Shown here: positions 47,721-57,553 of the stretch, piece after piece
Position numbering within the stretch: the stretch's first letter is position 1
Layout: every line of letters begins with the position of its first letter
Origin: a virus
IMG/VR virus record: IMGVR_UViG_3300049489_000477
Span: 32,001 to 96,000 of that record
Length of the DNA stretch: 64,000 nt
Direction: 5' to 3' (one strand)
Translations under genes and position numbers: made by a program
The notes under the pieces: generated by a model
Database searches by the model: none
The model's input: only the letters and a program-made list of their open reading frames with translations
What the model was told of the DNA's origin: nothing

Positions 47721-48557
47721 TTAAATCTTGTCTGTGTACATCTTTTTTATAACTTCCATAACGGTCTTTGTGTTAAACTCGAATTCCTCATTTGTCCGTT
47801 CATGGAGTCTGATGTCTGGGAAGATATGTCTAAAGACCATATCGTACTTTTCGTTCTTTGTTAAGAAATGCATCAACTTGACCGAATCTAGCGAATCTTG
47901 AAGGTTGTATTTGTAAGCGAAATTTTTCAATTCAAGTGCAGATGGACGAATACCATCCAACAGGCAGCAAGCTTTGATCATTTTTCCGGTCATTGGTATT
48001 TTCTTGAAATATTCTTCATACATGATTGGTGTATGTTCATAAGTCATAAAGCCAATATTCAAGCCATTATTTGAGAAAACATGGGTTATTTCTTTTATAT
48101 CTTGGATATTCGTGGCTTCGTTTGGTCTGATAACGATAAGAATGTTAGCATTATCAAAGTTATCTTTTAGTGCTGTAGAAGCGGAATTGACTTCGGAACT
48201 TAACTTCTTCTTTTTATCAAAGTGAGCCAATGAGAACATTTCCTTGAAGTCGATAGGAAACATCTTGAATCCAAAAAACTTACCAGCGATATATTGTCTT
48301 TCCTCGAAAGTAAGACTGTACTTCATTTTTGTATTAATCTCATTTTCCGACGATGATGGAGTTAACAATCCCAAATCGGCGTTTTCATCGAACGCCTCTC
48401 TTTTAGACCCTACATAGTTTTTAATGTAATCCTTAATTCTATGGAATTCTTCTTTGCAAACGGGATCAAACTCACCAGTAAACAGTATAACATTCCATTT
48501 CATGGGTGGTTGTTGTGGGGTGTTTGCGCTGTAGAATTCTTTGAATGTTTTACTCAT
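47721..48557 (-). CDS. Degenerate cytidyltransferase-like protein with T4-like capsid targeting N-terminus
   Basis: MSKTFKEF; VILFTGEFDP resembles the HIGH-family G.F.P strand; LTFEER. Confidence 0.5.
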   Translation of the reverse strand: MSKTFKEFYSANTPQQPPMKWNVILFTGEFDPVCKEEFHRIKDYIKNYVGSKREAFDENADLGLLTPSSSENEINTKMKYSLTFEERQYIAGKFFGFKMFPIDFKEMFSLAHFDKKKKLSSEVNSASTALKDNFDNANILIVIRPNEATNIQDIKEITHVFSNNGLNIGFMTYEHTPIMYEEYFKKIPMTGKMIKACCLLDGIRPSALELKNFAYKYNLQDSLDSVKLMHFLTKNEKYDMVFRHIFPDIRLHERTNEEFEFNTKTVMEVIKKMYTDKI

Positions 48558-48921
48558 TGATGTTTCCTTGTAGACCCATAGCTTCTAAAAGTATATTTAT
48601 ACTTTCTATTTGCTTTTTCTTCAAAAATGGTTTCTTTACGAGTTTACAGGATTCGATGATGTACTTTGGGCGAATGGTCAGTATGTCCGTGTTGCCGATA
48701 CCATAAAATTTTAGTATCTGTAAAACATACAGCATTTTTATCTTACCATCTTGTAGGTTTTTTATGAGCGATCCTAGAATAATGATCATGGGTTTTAAAT
48801 CTTTATCGATTTTTTCTAAAGCCTCTAGGATAATATCGACTTGGCTATTCGTTATCGACGGAGCCTTATCGTACTGAATTTTGGCTATTTGATCGTTGAT
48901 TTCGTCTTGTATTTTATTCAT
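48550..48921 (-). CDS. Hypothetical protein
   Basis: 123-aa ORF overlapping the next gene. Confidence 0.55.
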   Translation of the reverse strand: MNKIQDEINDQIAKIQYDKAPSITNSQVDIILEALEKIDKDLKPMIIILGSLIKNLQDGKIKMLYVLQILKFYGIGNTDILTIRPKYIIESCKLVKKPFLKKKQIESINILLEAMGLQGNINE

Positions 48922-48962
48922 TTTTTATCTTTCTTGTGATATAATTATACCAGGAGTTTTAC

Positions 48963-49451
48963 ATGACTAGCGAAAATTTAAACGACGAACCAGTGAACGA
49001 ACAAAAAGAAGTGCAGGAGTTTTTAGATAACTTAGAAACCGCCTACGCAAACAAGCTGGACGAGATTAAAAATGAAGTCGAAGATGTATTTACTATAGAT
49101 GATAATAATCTTGTCGAAGAGAATATGCGAACCGTTTCGCGGTTGCACTTATGGATAACACGCCACGCCATAGAAAAAAGAAAATTATTAAGCCTACGGA
49201 GAAAGCGTGACGATGTTTATTCGAAGCTTCATAAGCATTATCGTGAAGGTAAGGGTGGAGTTGTTTCGTTAACAGATAAAGGAATAGATGCCCGTATAAA
49301 CTTAGATGGAACTTATAAGAGGTTTAACGCATTGTTCGAAGAACAAGAAAACATCGTTGAGTTTATTGAGCAAATCTGTTGGGCATTGAAGCAAACCAAA
49401 ATGTCTGCATTACGGAATATTCAAGAATCCAAGCGAATCGAAGGCGCATGA
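48963..49451 (+). CDS. uvsY: Recombination mediator UvsY-like
   Basis: Helical protein, IDDNNL, KHYREG, ALRNIQE; adjacent to uvsW. Confidence 0.65.
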   Translation: MTSENLNDEPVNEQKEVQEFLDNLETAYANKLDEIKNEVEDVFTIDDNNLVEENMRTVSRLHLWITRHAIEKRKLLSLRRKRDDVYSKLHKHYREGKGGVVSLTDKGIDARINLDGTYKRFNALFEEQENIVEFIEQICWALKQTKMSALRNIQESKRIEGA

Positions 49452-50902
49452 CCGAAGCAGCTAATAAAGTCAGTATTGTAAAGATCAACAACACATGGGG
49501 TCATGTCGTTTGTAACGACATTCCAACTATGGAAGCGTTGTATAAACGGTTCGCTGTTCCTGTCGAGAATTATTGGTTTATGCCAAAATACAGAGCGGGT
49601 GTGTGGGATGGAAAGGTTCACTTCGTAACGGAAGCTGGTAGATTTTACAATGGTTTACTTCCCAAGATATTACAATTCTTTGGTGATGATTACGATATTG
49701 AATTAGACTCTTCCTATGAAAAAGAATTCGTTGATGTTGAGTTGTTGAAAAAGGATTTCATAGAATATACCGACCAGACATTAACGACATTAGATCCGTA
49801 TCGGTATCAGTGGAGAGGTTCTATCAAAGCACTCTACCACAAAAGGGCAATATGTGAACACGGAACGGGAAGTGGTAAGTCGTACACGATCACGATGATC
49901 GTTAATTATTTAAGACACAAAAATATCAATCATAAATTTTTGATACTTGTTCCTAAGTTGGATTTAATAGAACAGTTCTATGACAACATGATTGAGTTCG
50001 GATTTCCAGAAACCATACTTGGAAAATATAACGGATTTCAAAAGGATACACAACAGCCAATTATTATTTCAACTTGGCAATCCATCTACAAAAACGCAGC
50101 CTTCTTAAAAATGTTTACGGTATTCATAGCAGACGAGTGCCATGGTTTGAAGGCTGATCATGTCCGTGGCGTTGCGGAACGAGTTGTCAACTGTGAATGG
50201 AGACTCGGTTTCACAGGAACCATGCCAGATCAAAAATCCGATCATCTTTTGATTCAGGGTGTTCTTGGACCTGTTGTTGACCAGGCACTATACGAAGAAT
50301 TACAGCGTGAGAAAACTATCAGTGCTTTAAAAATAACTTTATTAAAGCTTATATATCCAGAGCCGGTCATAGAACAGATGAAAGATATTCCATATGATCT
50401 TGAAAAAGAATTCATAGAAAATGATCCTTTTAGAAACAATCTTATTTGTAAGATAGCCGATAAGTTTGCCAAGGCGAATAAAAACTGTCTTATTCTTGTA
50501 AAAAAGATAGACCATGGTGAACGGCTTATCAATATGTTAAAAGGTCTTGGTCATGATCCATCGTTTGTATATGGTGATGTAAAAATTGATGAGCGTAACG
50601 ATATTCGTCGTGGTATTGAAGAAAAAGAAGGGCAAATCATCGTTGCAACCACTGGCGTCTACTCGACGGGTATTTCTATAAACCGACTACATGTACTGAT
50701 GTTTGCATCTAGCGGAAAAAGCAAAATCCAAACACTTCAATCGGTTGGTCGAGGACTACGAAAACATCCTACAAAAAATGAGTTGCAATTGTTTGACATT
50801 GGTGAAAACTGTAACCATTCTCGAAAACATTTAAATATCCGTGTAAAATATTACGAGAAGAATAAGTTTAATTATACTATAAAAGAGGTAACAGTCACAT
50901 GA
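49448..50902 (+). CDS. uvsW: UvsW-like SF2 helicase
   Basis: FMPKYRAGVWDGK, GTGSGKS, STWQS, DECH, GFTGT, STGISI, QSVGRGLR; ATGA overlap with uvsY. Confidence 0.95.
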   Translation: MTEAANKVSIVKINNTWGHVVCNDIPTMEALYKRFAVPVENYWFMPKYRAGVWDGKVHFVTEAGRFYNGLLPKILQFFGDDYDIELDSSYEKEFVDVELLKKDFIEYTDQTLTTLDPYRYQWRGSIKALYHKRAICEHGTGSGKSYTITMIVNYLRHKNINHKFLILVPKLDLIEQFYDNMIEFGFPETILGKYNGFQKDTQQPIIISTWQSIYKNAAFLKMFTVFIADECHGLKADHVRGVAERVVNCEWRLGFTGTMPDQKSDHLLIQGVLGPVVDQALYEELQREKTISALKITLLKLIYPEPVIEQMKDIPYDLEKEFIENDPFRNNLICKIADKFAKANKNCLILVKKIDHGERLINMLKGLGHDPSFVYGDVKIDERNDIRRGIEEKEGQIIVATTGVYSTGISINRLHVLMFASSGKSKIQTLQSVGRGLRKHPTKNELQLFDIGENCNHSRKHLNIRVKYYEKNKFNYTIKEVTVT

Positions 50903-52701
50903 TACTCCGAAACGACAAGAAAAAACCCATCACTGTTGTGTATCAGGGTAAGCGGATATTGGTTCATCCTAATCAGACTATCGATGGTCCGATTCAATTA
51001 ACTATTTTTGGATTAACAGTAGTAACATCACCAACTCAACAACAATCCATTCATTCATTTTTAAAACCAGCCGAAGAAGTTTTATCAAATACCAACACAG
51101 CTACCATCGACAGAGCTATTGAATATATAAAAAATTATACAACATTACCTTCGGTTGGTATTTGTATACTTTCAAAAGATTCTTTTAATCTCATATCGGA
51201 ATGTATTGATAGTATTTGTAAACATGTGGAATATCCAAAAACTAAAATTTATATTTTCGACACGGGAACAACTGATCACCAAACATTAAACTATTATAGT
51301 CATATTTCCAAAACATGTAAATTCCCAATTACTATCATGTCCGTGGGTGAATACCATTTTTCAAAGAATTACAATAAAGGACTAAAACAAGTTGATACGG
51401 ATTTCTTCTTCATTCAAAATAACGACACCGTGGCTTTGAATGATTATGTAACGAAATTAATGAAGGTTGCTATTTTAGATAAAGTTGGAGCATGTGGTCC
51501 GCGTATGTTATATAAGGACGGATCTATACAACATGATGGACAGTTGCTTTATAATCACCAACAAAAGGGATTCGGAAGTCCAACACATGTGAACTTGAGA
51601 AGAAACCCAAATGAAGTTGGTAGTGGTTTGCTACCAGCAGATGGAATCACATGCGCGGGTATGTTGATAAAATCAAATACATATTGGGAAGCTGGTGGAT
51701 TGAATGAATCATATCATGATATTTTCCAAGATGTAGAGTTGAATGTAAAAATACGAATGAATGGAAAAGCAATATTCTGTGATAGACAAGCTCTCATACA
51801 TCACTACGACAATACATCAAGAAATGCATTCTGGGCTAAGAATGTTGAAAAATTAAAATTGAAACATGCTGATTATGCAAACTTGTTTGGTAAATTCAAT
51901 AACCAGTTACGATACACCGAAAGAAAGACATATAAATTCAGTATTGTAACCATCGTTAATAATATTGATCAATATTTGGATTTACTGAATGATTTGAAAC
52001 AACAAGAATACAATTATGAAATCGAAATAATTGCAATACCAAATTTTGATGGAATATTTACATCAGCCGCTGAAGCATTAAATATCGGTATTCGTGTTTC
52101 GGAAAGTGATTACACTATTCTTTGTCATCAAGATTTACGTTTACCAAAAAACTGGCTTGAAACATTACATGAAAGAATTAAAGAAATAAAAATTGAACAT
52201 TCTGATTTTGGTGTTATTGGTATAGCTGGTTCGTGGGTGAATAGATATAGTGATGATGGGATTAGTTACTTGACTAATAGTGATACACCATTGAAATCAG
52301 TTCATACAAAATATATTGAAGTACAGTGTTTAGATGAGTTGTGTTTGGTTGTAAACACGAAAAATAATATTTTGTTTGATGCAAATAACTTTACTGGATT
52401 TCATGGTTATGGATCAGACTTATGTTTATCATATCTTGAAACAGGATTAAAAAACTTTGCTGTCAATGCTCCGTGTACACATTTAAGTGATGGGTTTAAA
52501 AATTTATTGACTAATGAAGGTTTACAATCGTATCTACAAGCAACTTTTACATTATTTAAAAAGTGGAGAGGTCGCTTCATTTCATTCAGAAATACAACAG
52601 CAGCATTCAAATCTCAAGAAAATTCAATCTATTTCTTTATTGCTGATGAACTAAACAAGCGAGGAATACCGTTGAAAGATAAATTTATACTATCCGACTA
52701 A
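50899..52701 (+). CDS. Two-domain GT-A (family 2) glycosyltransferase
   Basis: FDTGTT, FSKNYNKG, QNNDT, GPRMLY.DGSIQH, FQDVEL; second domain LCHQD, CLDE, FHGYGSDLC. Confidence 0.88.
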   Translation: MILRNDKKKPITVVYQGKRILVHPNQTIDGPIQLTIFGLTVVTSPTQQQSIHSFLKPAEEVLSNTNTATIDRAIEYIKNYTTLPSVGICILSKDSFNLISECIDSICKHVEYPKTKIYIFDTGTTDHQTLNYYSHISKTCKFPITIMSVGEYHFSKNYNKGLKQVDTDFFFIQNNDTVALNDYVTKLMKVAILDKVGACGPRMLYKDGSIQHDGQLLYNHQQKGFGSPTHVNLRRNPNEVGSGLLPADGITCAGMLIKSNTYWEAGGLNESYHDIFQDVELNVKIRMNGKAIFCDRQALIHHYDNTSRNAFWAKNVEKLKLKHADYANLFGKFNNQLRYTERKTYKFSIVTIVNNIDQYLDLLNDLKQQEYNYEIEIIAIPNFDGIFTSAAEALNIGIRVSESDYTILCHQDLRLPKNWLETLHERIKEIKIEHSDFGVIGIAGSWVNRYSDDGISYLTNSDTPLKSVHTKYIEVQCLDELCLVVNTKNNILFDANNFTGFHGYGSDLCLSYLETGLKNFAVNAPCTHLSDGFKNLLTNEGLQSYLQATFTLFKKWRGRFISFRNTTAAFKSQENSIYFFIADELNKRGIPLKDKFILSD

Positions 52702-52710
52702 AAAATAATA

Positions 52711-52739
52711 TTGAAAAAATATTATAGTGATGTTATACT
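52711..52739 (+). promoter_or_regulatory. Sigma70-type promoter 1 with no downstream ORF
   Basis: TTGAAA, 17 bp spacer, TATACT preceded by TG. Confidence 0.6.
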
Positions 52740-52794
52740 GTACTTGTCGCAGCGATATATTATAAAAGTTACTCAGCCAAAAAAGATAGTTTGG

Positions 52795-52823
52795 TTGACA
52801 TAAGAAATCTATTTTCTTATATT
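52795..52823 (+). promoter_or_regulatory. Sigma70-type promoter 2 with no downstream ORF
   Basis: TTGACA, 17 bp spacer, TATATT. Confidence 0.6.
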
Positions 52824-52837
52824 TTTTTTTAATAAAT

Positions 52838-52984
52838 AAGTTACTTTCGAAGCTTCTTATAAAAGTTACTTCTTAAAATCTGCTTCTGAAGTTTCTTCGA
52901 AAGTTGCTTGTTAAATCTGCTTGTAAAGTTACTTGTTTAAGAATGGTTAATATATAGTTACTTGTTAAGTTAATTAAGCTACTA
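52838..52984. repeat. Iteron-like array of 9-mers AA(G/T)YTNCTT
   Basis: Copies start at 52838, 52850, 52863, 52877, 52889, 52901, 52914 and 52926; degenerate copies at 52955, 52967 and 52976. Confidence 0.75.
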
Positions 52985-52987
52985 GCG

Positions 52988-53021
52988 AAAAAAGCCACGA
53001 CTAAAAAATCGTGGCTTTTTT
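52988..53021. terminator. Bidirectional terminator
   Basis: AAAAAAGCCACGA...TCGTGGCTTTTTT. Confidence 0.85.
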
Positions 53022-53043
53022 ATTTCAAAATGTATAAAGCTTT

Positions 53044-54090
53044 TTACTTATATACATCCAAGTAAAGCTGATAGTTTTTCGGATCCTCAAGCCAACGCTT
53101 ATTGAGTTCCGTTTGACCGGCTTCAAGACTCTGGAATCGAGTGACCGGATCTTCCATAGCTTTAATAGCTTGATACCAATCATCGATATTATTTCTAACA
53201 GTCGTTGCGTTTGGTACCAAATCATATGGTCCTTGTTTGTTACCAATTGCGCTACAAATTGTCGGCAATCCTATAGCACTCATTTCGAGCAGCTTAAGAT
53301 CAGACTTCGCATAATTGAATTCTGAATCACCGATAGGAGCTATGGCAATATCAGCATCGACTTCATCCATAGCCGATGGGAATTCATAGAAATCCTTCCA
53401 GTTATGGAATTCAACCAAATCAACCAGACCAGGCGGCTTGGTTCCGAAGAATACCCATTCAAATTCTGTCGCCGTCTTCTTTATTAAAGGAACCAGGAAC
53501 TCAAGATCACCGCCTGGTCCAACATGGGATGATGAACCAGCCCAGAAGATACGCAGCTTTCCCTTTTTACCCTTATTGTACTTATCACGCTTACCAAGAT
53601 TACCCCACATGAACTTAGGTAAGAAGTTTGGTACGACTGTTGAGTTTTTTACATTATAGTTAGCACTATAATAATCTTTGAGATAATTCGTTGAGAATGT
53701 CACAATATCAGCGATATTAAACATTTCAATCAGGTTATTTCTGCGTGTTTTTGTATAGAACTGGTAAGCGAGGATGTTGTGATCACCAATACCATGGACC
53801 AAATCATCTAACTCATATACGATTTTAGCTTTTGATCCCATTTGTTGGATCATTCTCTTATATTCCTTGACGATTTTTAATTGTGCTACTGTCACTTGTC
53901 TTTGGAATCGTACATAGTCCGCTCTGGCAAGATAGTTCAAGTCAAACAAAAACGCGAACATTGCTGGGCAATCATATGCAAATTTTGATGCTAGAAAGTT
54001 AAACGGAACGAATGTTCTATGAAATCCACAGCCGTTTTTATCGGACGGGAAGAGAATAACTGTCTTCATTTTCTTTTCGGGTTGATCCAT
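53044..54090 (-). CDS. GT-B fold glycosyltransferase
   Basis: GCGFHR, FQRQ, YELDD, VVPNFLP, WAGSSSH, IAP...FNYAKSDLKLLE. Confidence 0.85.
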   Translation of the reverse strand: MDQPEKKMKTVILFPSDKNGCGFHRTFVPFNFLASKFAYDCPAMFAFLFDLNYLARADYVRFQRQVTVAQLKIVKEYKRMIQQMGSKAKIVYELDDLVHGIGDHNILAYQFYTKTRRNNLIEMFNIADIVTFSTNYLKDYYSANYNVKNSTVVPNFLPKFMWGNLGKRDKYNKGKKGKLRIFWAGSSSHVGPGGDLEFLVPLIKKTATEFEWVFFGTKPPGLVDLVEFHNWKDFYEFPSAMDEVDADIAIAPIGDSEFNYAKSDLKLLEMSAIGLPTICSAIGNKQGPYDLVPNATTVRNNIDDWYQAIKAMEDPVTRFQSLEAGQTELNKRWLEDPKNYQLYLDVYK

Positions 54091-54171
54091 TGGGTAATCC
54101 TTTAGGGTTATTATATCAAAAATAAACAAATTTGTAATATTTAATGGTATAATTTTAATAAGGAGCTATAT

Positions 54172-54615
54172 ATGGCGCACAAGATTTTAAAAAGAAGGAA
54201 AGTTGCTGATCCATCAAGATATTACATCGACCACGACGAATATACAGGCGAAGTTGTAAAATTCATCAAGACGCAAGTAGCCTCCGAGCGCCTGGGTGAG
54301 ATATGGAAGATGCATGTCGATAAGTGTGCAAGTGCCGCATGTTTTAAGAGCTATACATATCTTGACGAAATGAAAGGTTGTGCATTGCTGTTTCTTGTTA
54401 AATATTCGAAGTCATTCAATCCAAAGAAGATTTTAGACTCAGGAAAAGCACCAAACGCTTTTAAATATTGCACTTCGATAATTCACAACGCATTTATCCA
54501 GGTTATTAATAAAGAGAAAAAGCATTCGAAGCTAAAAGACAAGATTATCAAATTACACCAACGAATTGTATATAATCTAAATAATTTTACAACTCCTTCA
54601 ACTATTGACGATTAG
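54172..54615 (+). CDS. Late sigma factor gp55
   Basis: YYIDH, FKSYTYLDEM, FNP, NAFKYCTSIIHNAF...KEKK; upstream of gp47; TATAAATA promoters present. Confidence 0.85.
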   Translation: MAHKILKRRKVADPSRYYIDHDEYTGEVVKFIKTQVASERLGEIWKMHVDKCASAACFKSYTYLDEMKGCALLFLVKYSKSFNPKKILDSGKAPNAFKYCTSIIHNAFIQVINKEKKHSKLKDKIIKLHQRIVYNLNNFTTPSTIDD

Positions 54616-54637
54616 GAATTTATCATATAATACCCAT

Positions 54638-55714
54638 ATGGGTCATAGGATACTTTTAGTTTCTGATGTACATTTCGGCGTCAAGAGCAACAGTGAGTCA
54701 TTCTTAAAGGTAACAGAAAATCTTTTTCTCAATACCATTAAGAAAATAATAATTGACGAGAATATCACTGATATCCGCATTCTTGGCGACTTGTTCGATA
54801 ATAGAAATACTGTAAATGTCAGAACATTTAACAGCGTTATGAAAGTCTTTCGTTGGTACCAAACGAACATGCCTGCGGTGAAGTGGAAGGTACTACTTGG
54901 CAACCACGATATATACTACCACAATCGTTTAGATATTAATTCCATTGAAATGTTGCGTGAGTTGCCTAATGTTCAAATTATAGAAGATGTCGTTGAAGAG
55001 ACGATTAATAATAAATCAATCATCACATTCCCGTGGCTCATAAAAGATTCGTCGCAGTATATAAAATTTAAAGAGGTATCTAAAGGATCTAAAAAGTACG
55101 ACTTATGTTTAGGTCACTTTGAGATAAATGGATTTGAAGTGATGCATGGCATCGTCCATGATGGTGGAAATGATAACGGAGAATTCAAAAACTTCGGCAG
55201 AGTGTTCACTGGACATTTTCATATCCGCGCCACGAAGAATCATATTTCATACCTTGGATCCCCATATCAAATAACCTGGGGTGATTACGGTGACGAAAAG
55301 GGTATTCATATCTATGATATTGATGAAAAAACAGTCAAGTTTATTCCAAATATCGATTCGCCTGTTTATATTCGTATAAACATGAAAGATTTGATAGATA
55401 AAAATATAGAAAAGTTAAAGCGCGTAAAAGACAACTATGTAAAGCTCGTTATTGACGAGAAATATTCTGATGCGTTCATTGTCAAAGCGATTGCAAAAAT
55501 TGAAAGCTTTATGCCAGTGAAATTAGAAGTAGAAAATAATTTCATCGAGCCATTTGATGGTGAAAATGTCGCTGATGTTGATTTCACAAAAATGAACGAT
55601 CCGATGGTCTTTTTAGATGAGTACATACGAAATCTTGAAAACTTCGATCAGAACATTGATAAGAACGAATTTTCAGAGTATGTAAGAAATGTATACGGAG
55701 CAATAAACAAATGA
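54638..55714 (+). CDS. Recombination nuclease gp47 (Mre11/SbcD-like)
   Basis: SDVHFG, LGDLFDNR, GNHD, GHFE, FTGHFH, YLGSPY. Confidence 0.95.
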   Translation: MGHRILLVSDVHFGVKSNSESFLKVTENLFLNTIKKIIIDENITDIRILGDLFDNRNTVNVRTFNSVMKVFRWYQTNMPAVKWKVLLGNHDIYYHNRLDINSIEMLRELPNVQIIEDVVEETINNKSIITFPWLIKDSSQYIKFKEVSKGSKKYDLCLGHFEINGFEVMHGIVHDGGNDNGEFKNFGRVFTGHFHIRATKNHISYLGSPYQITWGDYGDEKGIHIYDIDEKTVKFIPNIDSPVYIRINMKDLIDKNIEKLKRVKDNYVKLVIDEKYSDAFIVKAIAKIESFMPVKLEVENNFIEPFDGENVADVDFTKMNDPMVFLDEYIRNLENFDQNIDKNEFSEYVRNVYGAINK

Positions 55715-57510
55715 AACTACTCTTTGAGAAGGTTGAAATACGAAACTTTTTAAGTTTTGGAAATATACCGACCGTATTTGATTATGAGTCTGGAATAAAC
55801 ATCGTAACGGGTCGCAACCTGGATAATAGTACGAGAAATGGTGTTGGTAAGTCAAGTTTAATAGCCGACTCCATATCATTCGCTATATATGGTAAACCGC
55901 TTCGTGGTGAACATATTAATAAAGATGAACTCGTCAACGAACTCAATAAGAAAAATTGCGAAGTTTCCGTCTATTTTAAAATCGGAAACGATGCATATAA
56001 AGTCACCAGACAAATAAAGCCTACCGCTTTTACAGTAGTATTGAATGATGAAGAAATTAAATTCGATTGTATAAAAAATACAGAAAAATGGCTGGAAGAT
56101 AAGATAGGTATAAGTCACACATGTTTTTCAAATATATTAGTATTGAACATGAATGACACGACTCCATTTTTAACAATGGATGCTGCCAATAAGAGAAGAG
56201 TCATTGAAGATGTTATGAACATGAATGTCTATGGAAAAATTGCCGATGTTGCGAAGGACAATCATTTAGTTGCTAAGAATGATTTACGAACATATGAAAA
56301 TGATGTGAAGCTCTCGAAAGAGACGCTTGAATTAGCAACAACCAATAAATTAAACTATGATGCCGAGCGTGAAAAGTTTGAGGCTACGAAAAAGGAAAAG
56401 GTAGCTTTATTTTTGAATCAAGTTGAACAGATGGAAAAGGAAAAAGAAGGATTGTTGTCGAATATAGATACGGTTAATTATGATAAGGAAATTCAGAACA
56501 CGACATCCAAAAAGGACAAGGCATTAGAGCTTGTACAAAAATATAAGATTAAATTAGCCGAGAACAAGCTTGAGTTACAAAACGCTAAAGAAACACTTAA
56601 TAAATTAGAAGATAAACCACACTGTCCGACATGTAAGATACCAACGGACAATCCCATCATTAAAAAGTATGTGATAGAAACACAGAAAATTTTCAAAAAT
56701 ACAACGGAAGAGATTTCCAGCTTAAATGAAAAAATAAAGAATGGCGAAAATGTCATTAGTATTTTGGCTGGAAAAATCAAATCATTTGAACAATTGAAAG
56801 AGAAGAAAAAGCAAGTACAAAGTAAGATAGAAATACTTGATGCGAATATAAAATCTAAAAAAGAAGCAGTTGATGAAGAGAGATTGCGGGTGTTTACTGT
56901 TTCAAACATCATTTCTGATGCTGATTTAAAGAAATTTCAGAAAAAGCATGATGATGCCATCCTGGCGTTCAATACCGCTTCAAAGTCATATAACTTTAAT
57001 GGAATGTTGCGAAAGATTCTTGGCGAAGAGGGCGTCCGTAAGTTCGTCATATCCAAGATACTTCCATTCTTCAACACGAAGATAAACCATTATTTGAAAA
57101 TAATGGGATCCGATTTAACATTAAAGTTCAATTCCAATTTAGAAGAGCAGATACTTACGCGCATCCGTGAAGAAAGAACATACGGTTCGTTCTCCGCTGG
57201 TGAAAAGAAGAGAATTGATATTGCCATATTGATGGCGCTTATGGACTTAGCAAAGCTTCAAAACAGCGTCGATACAAATCTTCTTGTTTTAGATGAGGTA
57301 TTAGATACCGCTATGGATAACGAAGGTGTTGAAAGCTTTTTAAATTATCTCAAAGATGGATTTAAAACACTGTATCCAGATAAAGCCGTTTATATAATAA
57401 CTCACAGAAACACGATTAGTGATGACTTTTACGATAGAATGGTGTGCTTACAAAAGAAAGACGGATTTACATCAATCGATAGTATTGTTAATATGAGAGC
57501 CAAATCCTGA
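55711..57510 (+). CDS. Recombination ATPase gp46 (Rad50/SbcC-like)
   Basis: NFLSFGN, NGVGKS, CPTC hook, FSAGEKKRID, LDE, IITH. Confidence 0.95.
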   Translation: MKLLFEKVEIRNFLSFGNIPTVFDYESGINIVTGRNLDNSTRNGVGKSSLIADSISFAIYGKPLRGEHINKDELVNELNKKNCEVSVYFKIGNDAYKVTRQIKPTAFTVVLNDEEIKFDCIKNTEKWLEDKIGISHTCFSNILVLNMNDTTPFLTMDAANKRRVIEDVMNMNVYGKIADVAKDNHLVAKNDLRTYENDVKLSKETLELATTNKLNYDAEREKFEATKKEKVALFLNQVEQMEKEKEGLLSNIDTVNYDKEIQNTTSKKDKALELVQKYKIKLAENKLELQNAKETLNKLEDKPHCPTCKIPTDNPIIKKYVIETQKIFKNTTEEISSLNEKIKNGENVISILAGKIKSFEQLKEKKKQVQSKIEILDANIKSKKEAVDEERLRVFTVSNIISDADLKKFQKKHDDAILAFNTASKSYNFNGMLRKILGEEGVRKFVISKILPFFNTKINHYLKIMGSDLTLKFNSNLEEQILTRIREERTYGSFSAGEKKRIDIAILMALMDLAKLQNSVDTNLLVLDEVLDTAMDNEGVESFLNYLKDGFKTLYPDKAVYIITHRNTISDDFYDRMVCLQKKDGFTSIDSIVNMRAKS

Positions 57511-57553
57511 CTTGACTCTAAACCGATGTAAATAGAATACTAACGAGGTTTGT

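Noticed and set aside
52838-52984. Mini-CRISPR or short peptide gene
   Set aside because: The units are only 9 bp with 3-5 bp gaps; irregular spacing breaks the frame and stops occur
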